From Candidatus Wukongarchaeum yapensis (GTDB lineage: Archaea > Asgardarchaeota > Wukongarchaeia > Wukongarchaeales > Wukongarchaeaceae), in the NCBI GenBank assembly GCA_016840425.1, contig JAEOSI010000165.1, positions 1 through 5,331 of the forward strand: a DNA stretch of 5,331 nucleotides, in the 5' to 3' direction. The position numbers and the translations under genes are program-made. A model generated the notes under the pieces. It made no database searches and had not been told where the DNA came from. It saw only the letters and a list, made by a program, of their open reading frames with translations. Below are positions 1 to 5,187 of the stretch, one piece after another. The stretch's first letter is position 1. Each line of letters begins with the position of its first letter.

Positions 1-899
1 ATTTCATCGATGGTTTTAATCCCCATTTGTTCCATATAGTTTGCTAAACCTTTAATTATTTCATCAAAGATTTTGAAGTTATTCATGCTCAAAGCTGACC
101 CAATTTGGAACGCTTCAGCCCCTGAAAGTATGAATTCTAAAGCGTCTTCCCATCTTGTTATTCCCCCAACACCTATTATTGGGATCTCTACCTTTTCAAA
201 GATTTCATAGATACATCTAACCGCTATTGGACGGATCGCTGGCCCGGATAAGCCTCCAAATTTATTCCCTAACACTGGTTTTTTTGCGTAAATATCTATA
301 ACCATAGCTTTAAGCGTGTTAATCGCCGTAATCGCGTCGGCTTCCGCCTTTTCTGCTGCCATAGCAATGTTTGAGATATCTGTTACATTAGGAGTAAGTT
401 TAACAAAAACAGGACGATCGACCACATCTTTTACAGCCTTAACGACCTTAGTGAGGATGGAAGGATCAGAGCCTATAACGGCGCCATATCTGCCTCCATG
501 AGGGCATGAGACATTCAACTCGTAACCGTCAGGCTTTGCTTCAGAAATCCCTGAGGCTACCTTTTGAAACTCTTCGGCATCAGATCCGAAAATGCTTACG
601 ATTAACGGAACTCCGCACCGTTTTTTATAAAGAATTAAATCCTCTTTAAACGCTTCAAACCCAGGGTTCGGTAACCCCATCGCGTTTACGAAACCTACCC
701 CTTTCCCTACCTCGACTAAAGTAGGACCAGGGTATCCTTCTTTAGGCTCCACGCCTATGGATTTTGTAACAACACCTCCAGCCCCTGCTTCAGCAACCCT
801 GACAAGAGTGGAAACAGAAACTCCCAAGATCCCAGAAGCCAACATAGAGGGATTTTTCATTCTTATTCCTGAGATTTCAACAGATAGATCTACCTGCAA
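1..899 (-). CDS. pyrD: Dihydroorotate dehydrogenase, family 1 (probably 1B catalytic subunit); 3' end truncated by the window edge
   Basis: Manual translation from TTG 899: MQVDLSVEISGIRMKNPSMLASGILG...GGVVTKSIGVEPKEGYPGP...NAMGLPNPG...YELNVSCPHGG (catalytic Cys, codon 506-504)...VFVKLTPNVTDI...AINTLKAM...GGLSGPAIRPIAVRCIYE...PIIGVGGI...AFQIGSA. About 299 codons with no stop before base 1. GGGG (908-911) lies 8 nt upstream; an alternative in-frame TTG is at 905. Confidence 0.96.
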   Translation of the reverse strand, partial: MQVDLSVEISGIRMKNPSMLASGILGVSVSTLVRVAEAGAGGVVTKSIGVEPKEGYPGPTLVEVGKGVGFVNAMGLPNPGFEAFKEDLILYKKRCGVPLIVSIFGSDAEEFQKVASGISEAKPDGYELNVSCPHGGRYGAVIGSDPSILTKVVKAVKDVVDRPVFVKLTPNVTDISNIAMAAEKAEADAITAINTLKAMVIDIYAKKPVLGNKFGGLSGPAIRPIAVRCIYEIFEKVEIPIIGVGGITRWEDALEFILSGAEAFQIGSALSMNNFKIFDEIIKGLANYMEQMGIKTIDE

Positions 900-929
900 A
901 AACAATTCCCCTTTCTTATGATGCTTAGT

Positions 930-1065
930 TTATTGGACACTTAAGAAACGTGAACTACCCTCAGATTTCGGAGAGGGTTTCCTCCCTCGCACTCTGATAC
1001 GCTAATGGGTCTCCTTTCGGAGCGGCGTACTCTGGGGAGGTTTGGGGCGTGTTCACGGCCGCCTT
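930..1065 (-). ncRNA. Putative omega-RNA (reRNA) of TnpB #1: scaffold overlapping the tnpB 3' end, guide from flanking DNA (GTTTCTTAAGTGTCCAATAA, 949-930); 5' boundary approximate
   Basis: Minus-strand hairpin CTCC-GAAA-GGAG (1022-1011, GNRA loop on this strand only); imperfect stem TCAGA..GAGGG-AGGAAA-CCCTC..TCTGA (997-961); GGCG/CGCC stem (1063-1046). The location matches known TnpB omega-RNA architecture. Boundaries are inferred. Confidence 0.6.
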
Positions 1066-2186
1066 GCTATTAAGCATGTAGCTTAAGAGCATGTTGCCTA
1101 TGTTGATGGCTCCGTTTAAGTCTCGGTTATATTCTAACCCGCAATCCTTACATCTGAAAGATCTTTTTTTGATTTCGGTGTTTAGGGTTCCGCATCTCCA
1201 ACACAGTTTGGAGGTGTAGGCTTCGTTTAAAGGTATTACTGGAACTTCTTCCCATAAGGCTTTGTAGGTTAGCATTTGTTTTATTTTGTAGGAGGGCATT
1301 GTGTGTATTTTTCGGTTGTTTTTTCTACACCTTGCTTCTCCTTTAATTCTCGACTGTCTAACGTTTTTAAGGCCACCGAAAACGATAACGGGTTCATACC
1401 CACATCTCTTAAGTATCTTAGCTCTATTCACTATTTTCCTTGTGGCTTTATGTAGGATGTCGTTTACTTTTCTACTTTCCTTGTTTGCTAAGTGTTCTTT
1501 AATCCAATTAATTGCGTGTTTTATCTTCTTTCGACCTACTCCTTTCTTTAGGTTGTTGTAATGTGCCCTAACACTCCTCACATCCCTTCCTTGAAACTGG
1601 ACATTTTTTCGCTTTTTCCCTTGATTCCATAACTCTACAGAAACGACAGGGTTTGCTTCTCCGATATCGCATACTATTATGATGGTTTTGTTAGTTATTG
1701 GTTGTGGTTTAGGGATTTCCGCCTCTTTTTGAACAGTTATATAGAGGAAAAACTCTCCGTTCTTTTTGAATAGTTTGGATTCACAGATTTCCATGTCCGG
1801 TTCTATTGGGCAGTGGGGTTTAACGGCAACCCATACTCCACCTCTTCTTCCAGCAACAGGGATTTTGGTCCAATATTCCGCTATTTTCGTGTTCCGCTTT
1901 TCCACTTTTAAAAGGTCTTTTCTGATTGATATCGGATACTCTTTGTTAGGTTTAATCTTTTTGTAAAACCGTTTAGCTTGCTGTTTGTTAGCTGAGTACA
2001 GTTTCACCTTTTCACCATGTAGGAAACGTTGAAGATTATAGTATTCTTCTTCAAGAAGTCTTTGTTTAACTTTAGTCAAATACACAATTTTTGTTTTGAT
2101 TGTCTTTTTAATTTTCAAAGGTCACAGACCTCAACATTTAATAGTTCAGCTTCTAATTTAAGCTCACCGCAAATTATTACATATAA
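950..2186 (-). mobile_element. Solo-tnpB IS200/IS605-family element (IS1341-like, no tnpA); right end at about 950, left end uncertain (about 2165-2190)
   Basis: The minus strand after tnpB reads CCCTC-TCCGAAATCT-GAGGG-TAGTTCAC, a subterminal hairpin followed by a TCAC terminus, typical of tnpB right ends. Only 122 bp separate the tnpB start from the nop5 ATG, leaving no room for tnpA. A weak hairpin AGCTT-N7-AAGCT (2148-2164) is a left-end candidate. Confidence 0.72.
961..2118 (-). CDS. tnpB: TnpB, IS200/IS605-family RNA-guided endonuclease, 385 aa, non-canonical RuvC-II
   Basis: RuvC-I IIIVCDIG (D151), RuvC-II region VIVFGGL (G248 where Glu is usual), NEAYTSKLC (E299), zinc finger CWRC...CKDC (C306/C309/C323/C326), RuvC-III NRDLNGAINI (D333). 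TTG start with GAGGT 9 nt upstream (2128-2132). Confidence 0.93.
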   Translation of the reverse strand: MKIKKTIKTKIVYLTKVKQRLLEEEYYNLQRFLHGEKVKLYSANKQQAKRFYKKIKPNKEYPISIRKDLLKVEKRNTKIAEYWTKIPVAGRRGGVWVAVKPHCPIEPDMEICESKLFKKNGEFFLYITVQKEAEIPKPQPITNKTIIIVCDIGEANPVVSVELWNQGKKRKNVQFQGRDVRSVRAHYNNLKKGVGRKKIKHAINWIKEHLANKESRKVNDILHKATRKIVNRAKILKRCGYEPVIVFGGLKNVRQSRIKGEARCRKNNRKIHTMPSYKIKQMLTYKALWEEVPVIPLNEAYTSKLCWRCGTLNTEIKKRSFRCKDCGLEYNRDLNGAINIGNMLLSYMLNSKAAVNTPQTSPEYAAPKGDPLAYQSAREETLSEI

Positions 2187-2211
2187 TCGCAGAGAATCTT
2201 CTAGTGGAGAT

Positions 2212-2224
2212 GAAAATATTTATG
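2212..2224 (+). promoter_or_regulatory. Candidate BRE/TATA promoter of nop5-flpA
   Basis: GAAAA (2212-2216) followed by TATTTATG (2217-2224), upstream of the SD and TTG 2256. ATATAA at 2181-2186 is an alternative. Confidence 0.3.
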
Positions 2225-2240
2225 GGGATATGAGACCAAC

Positions 2241-3500
2241 ATGAGGGACTTGATATTGGAAAAAGTGTACGTGGCAGTAAATTGTGCAGGCGTGTTTTTA
2301 CTGGATTCAAATGGTGCGATAATTGATTTAAAAGCCTTTCCAGAAGATGTTGAGGAGAGAGCTGAGATATTTTGGCAGATACAAGAAGACATTATTTCAG
2401 AGGAGATTGTAGAGTTTCTTGAAAAACATTTAAAAGAGGGAGTAAACGCGGTTTTTGAAGACAAGAAACTTGCGGAGAGAATGAGTAAAAGAATAAAAGT
2501 AAATGTTCTAGTAGAACGAGGCGCAGAACCCTTTCTCACTTTTAGATCCGCGATTCCTTGGAATCTTATTGATCAAGGAGTTGTTAATGATGCGGAGACA
2601 TACATAAAGCAGGTAAGAGAGATTAGTTTATCGCTTGGTAAGAAGGGTATTACAAAATTTGCTCGGCAGAAAGATAAGGTAGTTATTCAGGTTATAGCTA
2701 CTATTGACGATATAGATAAGACGATAAACTTTTTCGCCGGGAGACTTAGGGATTGGTATAACCTTCATTTTCCAGAAGCTAGCGATTTGTTGGAAGACCA
2801 TCATCAATTTTTCCGTTTTATTTCAGAAATAGAAAGTCGTTTATTAATATCTCGTGGATTACTTGAGGAAAAAGGTTTTGGGAAAATTGCTGAAAAAATG
2901 TTGATGGCTGCAGAAGGCTCTATGGGGGCAGAATTTTCAGAAGAAGATTTGGAACCTTTAAAAAATATGGCTAAAACCATGTTAGAATTAGCTAAAAGAA
3001 GGCAAGAGTTAGCAAAATATTTGGAAAAGATTATGAGCGAAATCACGCCAAACCTTACAGGTTTAATAGGGCCTCTTTTAGGGTCAAGGTTGATACATCT
3101 TGCAGGAGGGTTAAAAGAACTCGCCTTTCTTCCCTCTACTGTCATACAAGTTTTAGGCGCTGAAAAAGCTTTATTTCGATTCTTGAAAACGGGCACTAAA
3201 CCGCCAAAACATGGCGTAATCTTTCAACACGCATATGTACATAACGCGCCCAAATGGCAAAGAGGAAAGATTTCGCGGGTTCTTTCAGGAAAGATCGCTA
3301 TCGCTGCAAGGATAGACGCATTTACAGGCGATATAAGGTACGAAGAATTACAAAAAGACATGGAAGAACGAATAAAAGAGATCAGGAAAAAATATCCCTC
3401 TCCACCGCCTAAAAAACAAGCAAAAACAAAAAGAAAGCTAAAAGAGAAAAAGAAAGGAAAAAAGAGGGTAAAAAAAGAGGCTGGGAAAATTGTCCATTAA
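2241..3500 (+). CDS. nop5: Nop5 (Nop56/58 homolog), box C/D sRNP core protein; true start possibly TTG 2256
   Basis: N-terminal domain KVYVAVNCAGVFLLDSNG, coiled coil IDDIDKTINFFAGRLRDWYNLHFPE, Nop domain PNLTGLIGPLLGSRLIHLAGGLKELAFLPSTVIQVLGAEKALFR...PPKHGVIFQH...RGKISRVLSGKIAIAARIDAF, Lys-rich tail. GAGGG (2243-2247) lies 8 nt upstream of in-frame TTG 2256. Confidence 0.97.
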   Translation: MRDLILEKVYVAVNCAGVFLLDSNGAIIDLKAFPEDVEERAEIFWQIQEDIISEEIVEFLEKHLKEGVNAVFEDKKLAERMSKRIKVNVLVERGAEPFLTFRSAIPWNLIDQGVVNDAETYIKQVREISLSLGKKGITKFARQKDKVVIQVIATIDDIDKTINFFAGRLRDWYNLHFPEASDLLEDHHQFFRFISEIESRLLISRGLLEEKGFGKIAEKMLMAAEGSMGAEFSEEDLEPLKNMAKTMLELAKRRQELAKYLEKIMSEITPNLTGLIGPLLGSRLIHLAGGLKELAFLPSTVIQVLGAEKALFRFLKTGTKPPKHGVIFQHAYVHNAPKWQRGKISRVLSGKIAIAARIDAFTGDIRYEELQKDMEERIKEIRKKYPSPPPKKQAKTKRKLKEKKKGKKRVKKEAGKIVH

Positions 3501-4194
3501 AGTAATAAACGTTGAAGAACATGAAAAGTTCCCAAACATATTCAAAGTAAAGTTTGAAGACGGGTCAGAAAAACTTGCAACAAAAAACCTTTCACCAGGC
3601 TTTGCAGTTTATGAAGAACGCCTCATAAAATCTCAAGGAGAAGAATACCGATTATGGGACCCATACAGAAGCAAATTAGCTGCAGCCATCTTAAAAGGAG
3701 TAAAAAATGTAGCGATAAAACAAGGGGACAAAGTTCTTTATCTTGGCGCTTCGACAGGAACCACTGCAAGCCACGTCTCAGACATAGTAGGAGAGGAAGG
3801 CCTAGTATTTTGCGTGGAAATATCTCCCCATGTAATGAGAAAGCTGTTAGAAGTCTGTGAAAAAAAATATAACATGATACCCATCCTTGGAGATGCAAAA
3901 AAACCTGAGACCTACACCTTCCTAATAGGACAAATAACAAGTATTTATTGCGATGTAGCAACACCAGAACAAGCAAGACTTCTAGCAGATAACGCCGACA
4001 CCTTTCTCATCCACGGGGGGGAGGCAACTATCGCCATCAAAGCTAGGAGCATAGATGTTACAGAAAAACCAGAAAAAATCTTCGCACAAGAGATAAGCAC
4101 AATGGAAAAAAGAGGCTTAAAAATCGTCGAAAAAATTTACCTTGAACCTTTCAGCGAAGATCACGCCATGGTTATCGCAAAACACAACCGATGA
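3490..4194 (+). CDS. flpA: Fibrillarin-like rRNA/tRNA 2'-O-methyltransferase
   Basis: LATKNLSPGFAVYEERL, EYRLWDPYRSKLAAAI, SAM-binding VLYLGASTGTTASHVSD, VEISP, IPILGDA, YCDVA, IKARSIDVT, LEPFSEDHAMV. Overlaps the nop5 stop by 11 bp; TTG start with GAGG 9 nt upstream. Confidence 0.97.
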   Translation: MSIKVINVEEHEKFPNIFKVKFEDGSEKLATKNLSPGFAVYEERLIKSQGEEYRLWDPYRSKLAAAILKGVKNVAIKQGDKVLYLGASTGTTASHVSDIVGEEGLVFCVEISPHVMRKLLEVCEKKYNMIPILGDAKKPETYTFLIGQITSIYCDVATPEQARLLADNADTFLIHGGEATIAIKARSIDVTEKPEKIFAQEISTMEKRGLKIVEKIYLEPFSEDHAMVIAKHNR

Positions 4195-4216
4195 AGTTCG
4201 TTTAAGTACACAAGTA

Positions 4217-4244
4217 TCAAAAAGCCTATAAAACTACTTTTTGA
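4217..4244. terminator. Probable bidirectional oligo-T terminator between the convergent flpA and V4R/Bet3-like genes
   Basis: Perfect 8-bp inverted repeat TCAAAAAG (4217-4224) / CTTTTTGA (4237-4244) with a 12-nt spacer, so each strand presents CTTTTTGA downstream of its gene. Confidence 0.5.
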
Positions 4245-4281
4245 GGCAAATAATTTATTAGCTCTAAATTTCTTTGGCATA

Positions 4282-4800
4282 TTACTCTACCAGGCGCAAT
4301 TTATAGACGCATTTATCATTGCCCCAAGTTTTACATCCTATTTCTTCGCAAATCGCTTCGCCAAACCCCCGCAACCTTGCAACTTCCTGAAAAACACCGC
4401 CCACAAAAAGACAATATTGTAACCCTTTAAGATTCTCAGAAAGGTTGACATCCTTACAAAATGGACAATTTGCATCTTCGTAGTAAATAGCTTTTTCCTC
4501 GGGATCATACCATACTTTCGTCATACTACTACCGGTAAACACTTTATATGCGATGGAAAGCGTATCTTTTAACTCTTCAAACTCTCCTGCATGCTCTTTT
4601 ATCTTTTCTGCATATTCTATTAGAAGTGTTTCCGCCATCTTCCTGCCGAAAACTCTTAAAGACTCATTAATTTTCTTAACATCACCGTTGTTTAGTCCAA
4701 TAAGATGGTCATTTAAAGCGTCTACAAATGCTTGAAAAAGTTCTAAACTAATCTTATGCATCTTTAAATGAAATCCTAACCAACCTTTAACTTTAGGCAA
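4282..4800 (-). CDS. V4R-domain / Bet3 (TRAPPC3)-like protein, 172 aa
   Basis: Strong SD GAGGAGG 7 nt before TTG. V4R-type C-terminal motif YC130...EEIGC156KTWGNDKC164VY plus NC112PFC115. The N-terminal and middle blocks (KISLELF, INESLRVFGRKMAETLLIEY, AYKVFTG, VNLSENLKGLQY..VGGVF) resemble Bet3 as recalled from memory. Confidence 0.8.
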   Translation of the reverse strand: MPKVKGWLGFHLKMHKISLELFQAFVDALNDHLIGLNNGDVKKINESLRVFGRKMAETLLIEYAEKIKEHAGEFEELKDTLSIAYKVFTGSSMTKVWYDPEEKAIYYEDANCPFCKDVNLSENLKGLQYCLFVGGVFQEVARLRGFGEAICEEIGCKTWGNDKCVYKLRLVE

Positions 4801-4835
4801 AGATTTTCCTCCTCTAATATCTTATAATTTGTTAA

Positions 4836-4850
4836 AACATAAATTTTTAG
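4836..4850 (-). promoter_or_regulatory. Candidate BRE/TATA promoter of the V4R/Bet3-like gene
   Basis: Minus strand CTAAAAA-TTTATGTT (4850-4836): an A-rich BRE-like run and TATA-like box about 36-43 nt upstream of TTG 4800. Other AT-rich candidates exist nearby. Confidence 0.3.
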
Positions 4851-5164
4851 AAGACATAAGAACAAAACACTATAACTATCTTCTTTTTTAAAAATAATAA
4901 ATTTATCACTTTTTTTGCTTCCTTTTAGATAAGAGGATCTGTAGACTGTTCTTGACACAACTATACCACCAAGATCCCGCCTAGATAGCGCGATAAGAAA
5001 ATCCACCCATACTCTACACAAATTCTAACAGAACACAATGGCTAGATAATCAAAGAACTATTACCACAACACCGAAAAGACCCCCTCCCACACACCTAAT
5101 TATCCTAAAAAAACCTATAACAAGAAAAAGATATCAGTATCAATAACGTATTGGATTACTACTC

Positions 5165-5184
5165 AGTAACGTAGTAACGTAGTA
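5165..5184. repeat. 8-bp tandem repeat (AGTAACGT) x2.5
   Basis: AGTAACGT 5165-5172, AGTAACGT 5173-5180, AGTA 5181-5184, read directly from the sequence. Confidence 0.85.
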
Positions 5185-5187
5185 TCA

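Noticed and set aside
316-501. 61-aa plus-strand ORF
   Set aside because: Antisense shadow of pyrD with no recognisable motif.
1372-1377. Calling TnpB #1 a pseudogene because the RuvC-II Glu is missing
   Set aside because: The ORF is intact, D151, D333 and the zinc finger are retained, and E299 fits the known rearranged active site.
2115-2219. 34-codon open frame (IFSSPLEDSLRLYVIICGELKLEAELLNVEVCDL*) whose TGA overlaps the tnpB TTG; possible tnpA remnant
   Set aside because: No start codon with an SD and no HUH/Y1 or serine-recombinase motif, so it cannot be supported.
1301-2244. Plus-strand ORFs 1301-1561, 1766-1966 and 2029-2244
   Set aside because: Antisense to the A-rich tnpB; their hydrophobic, Phe/Leu-rich composition is the expected artefact.
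2230-2244. Micro-ORF MRPT* overlapping the nop5 ATG (ATGA)
   Set aside because: Four codons is easily chance, and there is no evidence for a regulatory role.
3400-3500. Lys-rich low-complexity A-rich stretch
   Set aside because: Ordinary basic C-terminal tail of Nop5.
2201-3976. ORFs 2201-2539(-), 2804-3196(-), 3623-3976(-) and 3654-3860(+)
   Set aside because: They overlap the well-supported nop5 and flpA genes in antisense or alternative frames and show no motifs.
4553-5021. ORFs 4553-4735(+) and 4776-5021(-)
   Set aside because: The first is antisense to the Bet3-like gene. The second runs through that gene's promoter and SD, lacks an SD of its own and has no recognisable domain.
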